Source of the DNA: Octopus bimaculoides
Lineage: Eukaryota
DNA: 64,000 nt
Assembly (NCBI RefSeq): GCF_001194135.2
Contig: NC_068998.1
Span: forward strand, 43,192,856 to 43,256,855
Direction of reading: 5' to 3'
Part shown: positions 12,961 to 25,177 of the stretch, one piece after another
Position numbering within the stretch: position 1 is the stretch's first letter
How the letters are laid out: the number at the start of each line of letters is the position of its first letter
Notes under the pieces: generated by a model
What the model was told of the DNA's origin: nothing
Database searches by the model: none
Seen by the model: only the letters and a program-made list of their open reading frames with translations
Position numbers and translations under genes: made by a program

Positions 12961-13720
12961 TAGCNNNNNNNNNNNNNNNNNNNNNNNNNNNNNNNNNNNN
13001 NNNNNNNNNNNNNNNNNNNNNNNNNNNNNNNNNNNNNNNNNNNNNNNNNNNNNNNNNNNNNNNNNNNNNNNNNNNNNNNNNNNNNNNNNNNNNNNNNNNN
13101 NNNNNNNNNNNNNNNNNNNNNNNNNNNNNNNNNNNNNNNNNNNNNNNNNNNNNNNNNNNNNNNNNNNNNNNNNNNNNNNNNNNNNNNNNNNNNNNNNNNN
13201 NNNNNNNNNNNNNNNNNNNNNNNNNNNNNNNNNNNNNNNNNNNNNNNNNNNNNNNNNNNNNNNNNNNNNNNNNNNNNNNNNNNNNNNNNNNNNNNNNNNN
13301 NNNNNNNNNNNNNNNNNNNNNNNNNNNNNNNNNNNNNNNNNNNNNNNNNNNNNNNNNNNNNNNNNNNNNNNNNNNNNNNNNNNNNNNNNNNNNNNNNNNN
13401 NNNNNNNNNNNNNNNNNNNNNNNNNNNNNNNNNNNNNNNNNNNNNNNNNNNNNNNNNNNNNNNNNNNNNNNNNNNNNNNNNNNNNNNNNNNNNNNNNNNN
13501 NNNNNNNNNNNNNNNNNNNNNNNNNNNNNNNNNNNNNNNNNNNNNNNNNNNNNNNNNNNNNNNNNNNNNNNNNNNNNNNNNNNNNNNNNNNNNNNNNNNN
13601 NNNNNNNNNNNNNNNNNNNNNNNNNNNNNNNNNNNNNNNNNNNNNNNNNNNNNNNNNNNNNNNNNNNNNNNNNNNNNNNNNNNNNNNNNNNNNNNNNNNN
13701 NNNNNNNNNNNNNNNNNNNN

Positions 13721-13774
<54 letters not shown>

Positions 13775-13788
13775 TATATATGTATATA

Positions 13789-13829
<41 letters not shown>

Positions 13830-14307
13830 ATATGTATGTATGTGTGTGAGTATACACACGAACATTCACAGACATACAGGCATACATGAAAAATATTAAG
13901 AATAAATAAACATTGGTGATTGCTGAATTTTTCTTTTTTTTTTTTCTTCTGAAGCTATATTAAAACAGCATGATGTGAATAAGTTGTTTGTTTCATATTA
14001 AATAAGCAACTGATCAAATTTCAATACTGCAGTTTCAAGCTGAAGAAATACAGAAATGGTTGCAGTGGTGTTTGGGTAGTAGTGGTTATAGTAGTTGTAA
14101 CATTGGTAATAGTTGTAGCGAATGGTGAAGGTGGGAGTGGTATATGAACAATAATTATTGCCCTGATTATTTTTGAGGATTTTTTTTTATTACTTTGCTT
14201 CAATTTTCAATTTTTCAAAATTGTGTCATATTCCTTTTGTAGAAAATTAACAAAGAAATCTTGTGTTTGATGATTATTCTTCATCACCATTATCATTATC
14301 AGTACGA

Positions 14308-14784
14308 GATGGCGAGCTGGCAGAGATGTTAGCAAGCCGGGAGAAATGCTTATTGGTATTTCGTCTGTCGTTACGTTCTGAGTTCAAATTCCGCTGAGGT
14401 CGAATTTGCCTTTCATCCTTTTGGGGTCGATAAATTAAGTATCAGTTATGCACTGGAGTCGATGTAATCGACTTAATCCCTTGTCTATCCTTGTTTGTCC
14501 CCTCTGTGTTTAGCCCCTTGTGGGCAATAAAGAAATAAGAAATGTTAGCATGCCTAGCGAAATGCTTAGCGGTATTTNNNNNNNNNNGGGCAATAAAGAA
14601 ATAAGAAATGTTAGCATGCCTAGGGAAATGCTTAGCGGTATTTCGTTTGACTTTACATTCTAAGTTCAAATTCCGCTGAGGTCCACTTTGCCTGTGATCC
14701 TTTCAGGGTTGATAAATTAAGTACCAGTTGCATACTGGGGATGATCTAATCAACTGGCATGCTCCCTCAAAATTTCGGGCCTTC
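14308..14784 (+). mobile_element. Dimeric tRNA-derived SINE family B
   Basis: Head GGCGAGCTGGCAGA..GTTAGCA.GCCGGG.GAAATGC, B-box-like GAGTTCAAATTCC, central GCCTTTCATCCTTT.GGGGTCGATAAATTAAGTA.CAG. The monomer-1 tail (...GGGCAATAAAGAAATAAG) is fused to a 5'-truncated monomer 2. A short gap at 14578-14587 has duplicated flanks. Confidence 0.85.
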
Positions 14785-15048
14785 TGCTAAGCACTTTGCC
14801 CGGCGTGCTAATGTTTCTTATTTCTTTATTGCCCACAAGGGGCTAAACCTAGAGGGGACAAACAAGGACAGACAAAGGGATTAAATCGATTAGATCAACC
14901 CCAGTATGTAACTGGTACTTGATTTATCGACCCTGAAAGGATGAAAGGCAAAGTTGACCTCTGCAGAATTTGAACTCAGAAAATAAAGGCAGATGAAATA
15001 GCACTAAGCATATCGCCCGGCGTGCTAACATTTCTGCTAGTTCATTGC
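14785..15048 (-). mobile_element. SINE family B, inverted copy abutting the previous one
   Basis: Reverse complement of monomer 1 plus the junction into monomer 2. Confidence 0.85.
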
Positions 15049-15534
15049 TTTTGATGAAATTGATATTAACCAACAACTGTGGTTGATATATTCGATTTAT
15101 GTTTACGTCAGAAACCTTTATTGCTAAGACCTGTTGGTTATAGAGAAAAAAAAAAATAACAATCTCTAATACTAAATATGGAGTCCTATACTTATGCTTT
15201 GAATTATTATTATTATTGTTATTAACATTTTTGATGCCTGATTTTTACCCCTAATAATTCTGCTCAATTCCATAACTTCTTTCTTATAATGTCTCCTTGT
15301 CTGTTACATTCATAGAAAAAACAAAGTAGTTGTTGTTGTTATGATTATTATTGTTGTTATTATTATTGTTATTTTTATTCTCTCAACATGTCATTGTTTT
15401 ACCAATATTGGATTGCTAGAGATCTAGCTGTGTCCTGAAACCATAGGTATCTTGCACCTTTCATTTGGTTCTTGCTGTGACAAGCAAAACAAGCTTCTCG
15501 TTGCTGTTATTATCATTATTATTACTATTATTAT

Positions 15535-15575
<41 letters not shown>

Positions 15576-16056
15576 TGAACTGTATAGAAAATTGGCAGAT
15601 TGAATCAATAGCATTCCTACCACATAACGTTTTAGAAAATATTTTCCTTTAACAAGTCAATCTGGATAATTTTCTACTAAATTAAATATATTTTTGTTAT
15701 GCTAACAGCAATATGGCAGCAAAGACAGAATATTGGAATAAATGCTGTTATGTAATGCAAGGGTGACCTTAGACCCTAAAGAGTGCATGACTCAGGAATT
15801 GGACAAGCGTAGAGTAATAAGTGGTTCAGATCCTATCACTGACACTCTATTTTTTTATCTTTAAAAAATGCATCATATCTTAATAATGAAGCTATTTTGT
15901 ATTTCTTTTGTCATTGATTTCTTCTGGGTGAATTCAGTATGCAATATGGATGTCAAGAAGAGGAAAGATAAGGGAAATAGGAGTGCTTGAGTATGGTAGC
16001 ATGTAATCGACCCACAGTCAGCTTCTGTAGTTGTAGTAGAAATGGAAAAAGAAAGT

Positions 16057-16213
16057 GGAGGTGGCTGTGTGGTAAGTAGCTTGCTAACAAACTACATGGT
16101 TCCGGGTTCAGTCCCACTGCATGGCATGTTGGGCAAGTGTCTTCTACTATAGCCTCGGGCTGACCAAAGCCTTGTGAGTGGATTTGGTAGACGGAAACTG
16201 AAAGAAGCCCGTC

Positions 16214-16249
<36 letters not shown>

Positions 16250-16475
16250 GTAAGTGTGTGTATATGTTTGTGTGTCTGTGTTTGTCCCCCCAACATTGCT
16301 TGACAACTGATGGTGGTGTGTTTACATTTCTGTAACTTAGCGGTTTGGCAAAAGAGACCGATAGAATAAGTACTAGGCTTACAATGACTAAGTCCTGGGG
16401 TCGATTTGGTCGACTAAAGGTGGTGCTCCAGCATGGCTACAATCAAATGACTGAAACAGGTAAAGGAGTAAAAGA
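16057..16475 (+). mobile_element. Full-length SINE family A copy
   Basis: GTGGCTGTGTGGTAAGTAGCTTGC...GGTTCAGTCCC...TTGGGCAAGTG...(TA)n(TG)n...tail ending GTAAAGGAGTAAAAGAG. Confidence 0.92.
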
Positions 16476-16639
16476 GACAGCATGCCTGTGGTCCAAGTAT
16501 TGCTCAGTGTTACAGTTGAAGTATTGTACGAGCATTGAATTGATGTGCTGAGTTCAATCTCTCCTGAGATCCACTAGTGATAACTGTTTAGCCTACTGGC
16601 AAAGAAAATGTTCTTATTGCATCTGCTTAATATAGGGGG

Positions 16640-17065
16640 TACTAAGGCAGTGAGTTGGTAGAATTGTTACCATGCCAGGCAAAATGGTTAGTGGCATTTC
16701 GTCTGTCTTTATATTCTGAGTCCAAATCCTATCAAAGTTGATTTTGCCTCTCTCATTCTTACAAGTTTGTTAAAATAAGTACCTGTTGAGCATTGTATTG
16801 GATGTAGTTGTCTAGCCCCCTTCCCTGAAATTGCTGGCCTTGTGTCAAAATTTGAAACCAATGTAGGAGGAGTTAAGGCAGACATCAGGCAGAACCGTTA
16901 CTATGCCAGGCAAAATGCTTAGCATCATTCCATCCATCTTTACATTCTGAGTTCAAATTCCACCAAGGGTTGTTAAAATAAGTACCTGTTAAGCACTGGG
17001 GTCAATGTATTTGACTACTTCCGCCAATAAAATTGCTAGCCTTGAGCCAAAGTTTGAAACCAATA
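16640..17065 (+). mobile_element. Two older tandem SINE family B monomers
   Basis: Duplicated blocks ATGCCAGGCAAAATG.TTAG...TTCTGAGT.CAAAT...GTTAAAATAAGTACCTGTT.AGCA...TTTGAAACCAAT.TAGGAGGAG.TAA. Confidence 0.75.
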
Positions 17066-17299
17066 TAGGAGGAGCTAAAGTTGAGCACTGATCTTATGGT
17101 TGCATGTAATCTATAAGGCTAGAGGTATTATTTTGTGGTTAAGAAATGTTTTTACATTCCTGATTCCATGCTTGATCACATTGCATGACATTTATAGGCC
17201 TTGCATTGGCTAATCCTTTGTTGTTAATGAAATCTCCTGGCTAGAGACTGTACAAAAGCCTGCTATCTGTATGTGTCTGTGTGGATATTTTATGAATAC

Positions 17300-17321
17300 C
17301 TGCAAAGGATGTAAACATTGG
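17300..17321 (-). CDS. 22-nt candidate microexon (PMFTSFA, phase 0 to 1)
   Basis: tatttcgtttttccag|CCAATGTTTACATCCTTTGCAG|gtattc; joins the terminal exon in frame (G+CT = Ala). Confidence 0.5.
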
Positions 17322-18588
17322 CTGGAAAAACGAAATACTAATGCTATTCAAACAGTCCTTAGTGATATTTGTTCTCTACAAGTTACTCACACTCTCTCGT
17401 CACTCTTTCAATTAAGAATGCAAGGATGAATTGACTGACCCATTAGAAACCAGTAACCACTTAAGGTGCCCATGGGCAAAGTGGTGGGGCTAAACCTAGC
17501 AATGGACCAAATTTACAACTCAAGAATAAGAACAATCCTTCTACACAGTTTCTGTGCCATGGGTATCATTCACAAAGATTTTGTTCACTCAAAGCTATGG
17601 TAGAATAGTCTTGTCTAATGTATTCTGCAGTGGAAACAGAACTAAAATCATATAGTTCTAAAGAGAAATTCTTAGTCACACAGCCATGTTTGATACTCAA
17701 CATTAAAAATTATCTCTAAAATGCAGAAACAAAAATATATCCATAAATTAATTGATTAATTGAAAATGTGGCTGAATCACTATGGTTATTGCATTCTTTT
17801 AAGTTTAAAATATGATGTGTGTGATGGTCTTTTTTGATAATTGTTTCAGAGGTTTTGAAGGTCAATGATTGCCACCAGGCACAGCATTACGTTAATATTC
17901 AGGACATCACACAATCACATCATCAAGAACAGTTCAAATATTGGAGTTAGTGATCATTCATTGTGTGCCATCAGTTTTAATAAAATTAACTCACTTCAAA
18001 TTTATGGTTTTATACTGCGTATTACTTGCACAGATGTGAACCTGTCATACAAATATGATTAAAATACGGGAACAGTTGGGGGAAAATTGCATATTGCATA
18101 TAATGAAGTTACCATCATAAACTTTCAAGATTCATTGAATGGATCCGCCCAGCGGTATTTCATTACTTCCTTTGGTCTTTATTTTTGGTCATCTCTGATA
18201 TGAGTCATGAAATTTGAACTCATCACTTCTGCATAATTTTCCTTGGTCTTTCTTTTATGTGAGTTTCCTCCTCTGACAGGAGGCAACACATTCTGCCACT
18301 ACAGTCAATAATCATACAAATCACATTTTAATATCATTTCAGTCATTTTGCCTGAATAAATTTGCTGATCCCCATTTAATGTTTAGTCACATACTTATTT
18401 ATATTTGAGTGTGCAGATGAACTTTACACTAAAAGTGGGTACTTTACACCTCTCGTTTATTATTTGTTCTGTTTTCAATATCTATCTTATAAAAGAGAAG
18501 TAATGCAGACTTTGAAAAAAAGACTTTCACATTGAATAGAAGGAGGGGCAGAGAAAAAGTTATTGTTGAAACAGAAATACAGTGTGTT

Positions 18589-18623
<35 letters not shown>

Positions 18624-18955
18624 GAGTGTGTGTGTGTGTGTGTGTATAAAAGATAGATAGATAGATAGGTAGGCAGTCTTGTTACTGCAGTCATTAACAA
18701 GTTTTGATTAAAAGTGCAGGAATTTCATGTGCAAGTCTGTCAACACAGCACAATACAGACTTCAAAAAAAGGCTATATATATATATATATATATAGTACA
18801 AGTAGAAAGATATAATTTTCAATGCATAAATATTGATAGAACAGTATACATGGGATAATATCCCTTACAGAGCAGAAAAATCTGTCAGCAATCAGCCATG
18901 GCTACAATACATTTCAGTGCTTCAAAAACAAACTTCAGTTTGTTTACATATGACG

Positions 18956-19015
<60 letters not shown>

Positions 19016-19835
19016 CCCTTGTGGGCAATAAAGAAATAAGTATTGTTGTTAAGAGAAACAACTATTTTATTTTGTGACGACTATTAACAGCTAGGCAGAC
19101 TGTGTCGTTTGACAGTTAAATATCTTAATTACAGATGCAATAAAGTTCCTATGACAAGATGTGGATCACTTTCAACTGAATGTCTACCAGCTATGATTTT
19201 AGACATTAACACTTCCATCGGCAGAGTCACCAATTCTTTTCTTTAAAACATCATTCTGTTAAAATACAGTGCAGTTAATCAACAAAATATTATGAGTGAG
19301 TCAACGAAATATTATGAGCAAGTATTTTATTGATTCCAGTCGGGTTGGAAAGAATGATTGGCTCAGTAAAGATTTTGACAAGTTTCTGGATCACAAAAAC
19401 TGAAATCAATTTTAAGTTTTTGTTTTCATCTTATAATGGAATTGGGAATTATTAGCATTGGTGGTTACAGGTTTCCAATAGACCAGTCACTTGATTGCTG
19501 AATTTCAGATGGAAAGTGTGTGACCTTGCATTCTTCCATTAACATGACCAATGTGCGCATGCGCTGGCTGCACACATCTATTGATATTTTATATCAATGA
19601 ACAAGAGGTTGGGTTCAAATCTGTTAAAAGATGGTGATAAAAAGTCCCTGAGGCAGAAGCAGACCAAGAATGATAAGAGAAACAGTGGGCTCAGATCTGA
19701 GAAAGTATGCCAGCCTTTAGAGATAAGATTATGCAGGATAAAGAATTTATATCTGCAGTGTTATATAACCCTATTCTATCAGAGATAAATGGACATTAAA
19801 ATGAACATGAAGAGGATAATGTTCAAATACTTCTA

Positions 19836-20047
19836 CAGGGTGTCCACAAAGTCTGGGTACAAGGAGTAAATAAAATCATAACATAGACAATTAAATATAA
19901 GAAATAACAATTTCTTAAAGTATGTGTTAATCTCCATGTGGGTACATGGAGTAAATAAAATCATAACATAAACAATCAAATATAAGAAATAATAATTTCT
20001 TTAAGTATGTGTTAATCCCCATGTACCCAAACTTTGTGGACACCCTG
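19836..20047. mobile_element. Tc1/mariner-type MITE with internal tandem duplication
   Basis: TA|CAGGGTGTCCACAAAGTCTGGGTACA ... TGTACCCAAACTTTGTGGACACCCTG|TA (26-bp TIRs, TA flanks); the interior is two copies of an ~85-bp unit. Confidence 0.9.
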
Positions 20048-20570
20048 TACAATATCTTCATATTCTTGAATATTTGATTGTTGTAATCAACCCGACTTAA
20101 TTAAGTCTTTCATGATATACTTCTCATACATGTCCTCATTGAATTTATACATGGTCTTACAACATGCTAGAAATAACAACTAAATCTTTTTACAAAATCT
20201 CACCCTACTTTGCTAAAAAATGGAAGTGAATCACTGGATAACATAGGCTTAGATATACAAAAGAAAAAAACAGTATGATCTCAGCTGAAATATCATTTTT
20301 TCATAAGTCTGCTTGATCAGGGCTGACCTAGAGTTAAACTGCAGCACAAACAGTCCATCAGCCAATGGTGTAGCTTCTTCACAGTCATTCAGCCTTCTAA
20401 AAATAGCAACCAAATTAAACTCAAATAACACCCAATCAACATTAAATTTTTTAAAATATTAGATAACACACGATCATTCCACTCCCATGTTTTAGGGGAT
20501 ATCATCTTCCCTTCAAACTTTTGTGACCCTAGTTCTAACAAAACAATAGTGAAATAATTGTAAATAGCTA

Positions 20571-21045
20571 CAATTGCAGCATGGAAGATGTTTGTAAGCC
20601 ATTTAAGAACACAGAAAAGCTGTTAGTTTCACTTCATTTAAATTTAATTTGTGCCAAAATATTTTTGTTGCTTTGAAACTGTCCCCTGTTCACTGACAAA
20701 ACATAAACACATACATCGTGAACGAAGTGTTATTTTCTCAGATGCAGCCCAAAGTTTTGTCAGTGAACAGGTTGTGGTTTCAAAGCAATGAAAATATTTT
20801 GAGTCAAATTAAATTTTAAAATGTTATGTCCTGCATAATGACGATGTATTTCGTCATCTCTGCAGGACTGGCCCAAACATTGTACCTCGCTGACTGACAT
20901 TACTGACTGTGTCAGTCTTCTATTCATTAGTCGTGGACCAGCCCACTTCTCACCTGGGAGCATCCACCACAATAAATGTTGAAGTGAAACTAATGGTTTT
21001 TGTGTGTTCTTAAATGGCGTACAAACATCTTCCACGCTGCAATTG
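20571..21045. repeat. Fold-back element (nested inverted repeats) with an insertion in the right arm
   Basis: Arm A 20571-20640 pairs with 20973-21045; arm B 20641-20701 pairs with 20754-20816; the insertion at about 20826-20972 is flanked by AAATGTT direct repeats. Confidence 0.8.
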
Positions 21046-21861
21046 TTTTTGTTTCAGCACACGATCTCAGATCAAGTCACTTGGTATGCAAGTACATCTC
21101 TGTAAATAACTAACTTTCAGCTTAATAAAAGGCAGATGTTTATCTATTGAAATCTAATATTATCTTTTATATAATAAAGAAATTTCAGTCCAATTTGAAC
21201 AATTTAATGGGCGTTGTTTTTGATTGGGTGTTGCTTCAAAGCAAGCAAGTCTCATACTATAAATAAACTTTACTGGTTCAAGTAGCAATTATACAGTTTA
21301 AACAAATCGAGACACATTTTAGCTCATTTGAATTTAAAATTATACGTGATTATAGAATGAAATGTAATGTTTAAGTATCTGATGCTTACCTTAACTTAAC
21401 TAAGAGAAAGCATTATTGTCTACCCTCTCTGTTATCTTCGTTGTTTAAGAAACAAGAGCTGAGTTGAATGAGAACATTTGGCTGTATGCCTGTGAAATAT
21501 AAATACAGAGTAATGATTCTGACAGATGCAGTTTAACTTAGAAAACATTTACCATTTACTATAATAGAGATAACATATATCCAGAAATTTCTCTTAATGT
21601 TGCTAGTACTATAACTGAACCAGTTCAATGTAAAAACTATATACTCTTAACAAATATGTAACAGTATTTAGAATAAGGAAATAAGGACTTACTACATCAG
21701 TTAACGAGGTCGTTGCTATATAATTACTAAATGTGTTCAATGTCATGGCTGAATACCTATTAGTACTTAAATTGAAGACGCAGTACTTTAGCAAGTATAT
21801 AGACACAGAACCTGTTCAATTTGATTACCAAATGTCTGTCAAGGAATGCATCTTTTACCTC

Positions 21862-22262
21862 TTATCGTTCAGCTGTTTTTGGTCATGAGACTGCCACCAT
21901 GCTGGAGCAATGTATTAAAGAACTTTTAGTCAAATGAATCAACCTCTATACTTAATTTTATTTTTATAGCCTGGTATTTATTCTGCCAGCATCTTTAGTT
22001 GAACCTCTAAATTACAGGGATCCAAACATGCCAACACTGCTTGTCAAGCAGGGGTGGGAGGAGAGCAAACACAGACACACACACACACACACACACATTT
22101 GACAGGCATCTTTCAACTTCCATCTGCCAAATTTACTCACAAGGCTTTGATCGGCTCGAGGCTATAGTAGAAGACACTTGCCTAATATGCCATGCAGTGG
22201 GACTGAACCCAGGACTACGTAGTTGGGAAGCAAGCTTCTAACCACACAGCCACTCCCACTCC
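21862..22262 (-). mobile_element. Older SINE family A copy
   Basis: Tail, (CA)n and head blocks with many CpG-type substitutions. Confidence 0.85.
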
Positions 22263-22749
22263 TGCATAACAGTATTTATAACAGAGGTCATGTGTGCTAG
22301 TTGCAAATCTTAAGAACATTGTTCAAAAATGTATACTTGAAGATAGAATCAGATAGAAATGCTACTAAAATACTTTATTGAATCAGTTATCTGTGTTGCC
22401 ACAAGTCTGTTTAAACAGAGCTGACTAGGTCTGCAATGACAACAACAGTAACAACAATCTCAGAACCTATCCCTGTTTAGTGATCTGTGACTCCCAAATG
22501 TATTGACACTAGAGAAAACAAAAATCTATGAAACAAGAGGAAAATAATCAATAATTGTCAAATCTGTTTCTGAAAAATGATTAAGCATGAACTTCGTGCC
22601 AGTCATAGTGAGAAGAATGACAAAACAACATTGTAATACATCCTTTTTTTTTTTGCTTTCATTTTTTTTCTAATCATTTTTTCATTTGGTAAAAAAGACC
22701 ATCAAATATGGTACATTGGGTTTGGAATGCATTGTCTACTGAAATTTAC

Positions 22750-22779
22750 CTTGATCCGTTTCTGGTTCTTATTGCTATC
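22750..22779 (-). CDS. 30-nt candidate microexon (DSNKNQKRIK, phase 0 to 0)
   Basis: ttctttttgcctttcatttgtttag|GATAGCAATAAGAACCAGAAACGGATCAAG|gtaaat; very strong acceptor and donor, open and in phase with neighbouring candidate exons. Confidence 0.55.
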
Positions 22780-22983
22780 CTAAACAAATGAAAGGCAAAA
22801 AGAATCAACTGTCTTCTCCATCTCAATTTTGACACTTTTATACATGAATATCAAACTGTTCTTTTGGTTAAATCAACCTTGAAAAAGGTTGAACGTTTTT
22901 GATAACTACCAGGAAACCAGAGCTAAGCGTCTCTACTAAAATAGTCATCTGCACTTTGGCAACATACATCATCATCATCATAA

Positions 22984-23464
22984 ACAATTCTGTGGGTTTT
23001 ACACTCTTTAGTTGGAGTTCTGGACTCTTTGTCAACAGGAAGTTTATGTCTGTTCTTACAGAAACAAGAAGTTTATATGTATTTCAATGGGAAGGTGAGA
23101 GAAGGGAATATGGTCACCGAGGAGTTTGTATGTGGTTCCAACTAAAGAGTATAAAAACCCACAGAATTGTCTTCCCTTACACACACTTCCTGTTTTGACA
23201 CCACACTTCCTGTTTAACACATAAACTCTCAGCCTTTTTTAAACACAACACCATTCTTCATTCCATGCATCCTAATCTATCTAACAATTATCTACATGGA
23301 TTACCATTGAACTTTAAAAACTCAAAGACAATATAATGTATTGGTATATTTATTTTTTTATATATTTTTTTATATTTTTGTAAAAAACATTATTTTCATT
23401 TTCCCTCTTCTTAAAAATTTGCCATTCAATGAAAGCCGGTTAGAAATCCTTTTTCATCCTCCTT
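22984..23464. mobile_element. Long-TIR fold-back element, partial copy
   Basis: 22984-23017 is the inverse of 23137-23170, with a ~120-bp spacer between; the right arm 23137-23464 is the reverse complement of 35898-36195. Confidence 0.8.
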
Positions 23465-24008
23465 NNNNNNNNNNNNNNNNNNNNNNNNNNNNNNNNNNNN
23501 NNNNNNNNNNNNNNNNNNNNNNNNNNNNNNNNNNNNNNNNNNNNNNNNNNNNNNNNNNNNNNNNNNNNNNNNNNNNNNNNNNNNNNNNNNNNNNNNNNNN
23601 NNNNNNNNNNNNNNNNNNNNNNNNNNNNNNNNNNNNNNNNNNNNNNNNNNNNNNNNNNNNNNNNNNNNNNNNNNNNNNNNNNNNNNNNNNNNNNNNNNNN
23701 NNNNNNNNNNNNNNNNNNNNNNNNNNNNNNNNNNNNNNNNNNNNNNNNNNNNNNNNNNNNNNNNNNNNNNNNNNNNNNNNNNNNNNNNNNNNNNNNNNNN
23801 NNNNNNNNNNNNNNNNNNNNNNNNNNNNNNNNNNNNNNNNNNNNNNNNNNNNNNNNNNNNNNNNNNNNNNNNNNNNNNNNNNNNNNNNNNNNNNNNNNNN
23901 NNNNNNNNNNNNNNNNNNNNNNNNNNNNNNNNNNNNNNNNNNNNNNNNNNNNNNNNNNNNNNNNNNNNNNNNNNNNNNNNNNNNNNNNNNNNNNNNNNNN
24001 NNNNNNNN

Positions 24009-24058
<50 letters not shown>

Positions 24059-25146
24059 GTAGTTGAGTAGTATCTCCTTGGTTATGGCATATAACCAGTG
24101 GTAACTTACTGACCAATTATATTCCATAACAAAGGATATACAATGCAACTACATAAAATCTTACAGCTCAAAATTTCTTTTTGAGCATCTTTTTTTTTTA
24201 ACTGACACAAAAACAAGAACCAATACACACACACGCACATATTCACTCACTCACTCACACACAAACATACACCATGTTTTGATTTGTTTTATTGCTGATC
24301 ATCATCAGGTGTTTTGTTCTTGAATGGGTTTACTAGGAATGCTAATTTCTTTCCTAGATGTACATGTTATCAGTGGCATGCAAACAAGGCTATGAACGTT
24401 ATTGCTTTCAGTTTATGAATTTCAAATCCAGTCTGGTACCATGTACAATGACGTAGCTATAAATATTGAAAAACATATCTCTGCTCCTCAGACGAGGTTA
24501 ATTGCAATCTCAAGAACTTACACTTTTGATAGTTTCAAAAGAGAAAAATAAAATGGAAAGGCATAAGGATAATCAATGCAAAGTCTTAGAAACGTAGAAT
24601 ACCACTAAATTTGTTTTTTCTTAAAGATATCAATAATTTTGCATGCATTTTATTGCTTCACATATTCATGAAAATAAAAAAAAAAAAGTTTAAAAGAATA
24701 ATAAAGTAACATACTAGTATTCCTTGATATTTTTTTTTATGAATTACAACCAACGTAAATATAACGAAATAAATATCTTTGACAGCTGGACCTCCAGAGT
24801 AAACAAATGGCTCGGTGCCACATACAACATGTAACCACTTTACTTATGTATCTACAATTTCTCTTTTTTGCCAACTACAAATTTTTCTGATTATGTATAT
24901 GCGTATGCATCAGTGGTGTTTCCTGCATGAATGCTATGCAGGCAGTGTATGTCTGTGGTTGCGGTTGCATAAATAAATGCATATAGTGAATCAGATTTTA
25001 ATATTAATCTTTCATTTTTATAAGAGAAATGTGGTGGGAGCGGGTAAAGAAAAAAGAGTCTTTACATGTTACATGTAAGCTATTTTAATTGCATGGCTTT
25101 GACTCATAACATTGTATGCTCTGATTTAAGTACCAGGGGTTGTGGG

Positions 25147-25177
<31 letters not shown>

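Noticed and set aside
17391-18039. Alternative minus-strand chain VHICASNTQYKTINL|NQFILAFLIERVTRE|SNVYILC joining the 72-nt exon
   Set aside because: It needs a weak acceptor and a 69-nt intron, ends in a junction-made stop, and overlaps sequence that looks like decayed LINE; less convincing than the main model.
17865-18330. ORF with NIGVSDHSL (APE endonuclease-like SDH) and an RTE-like 'RPRK...EMTK' stretch on the minus strand
   Set aside because: Too degenerate to assign; probably old LINE debris rather than a host gene.
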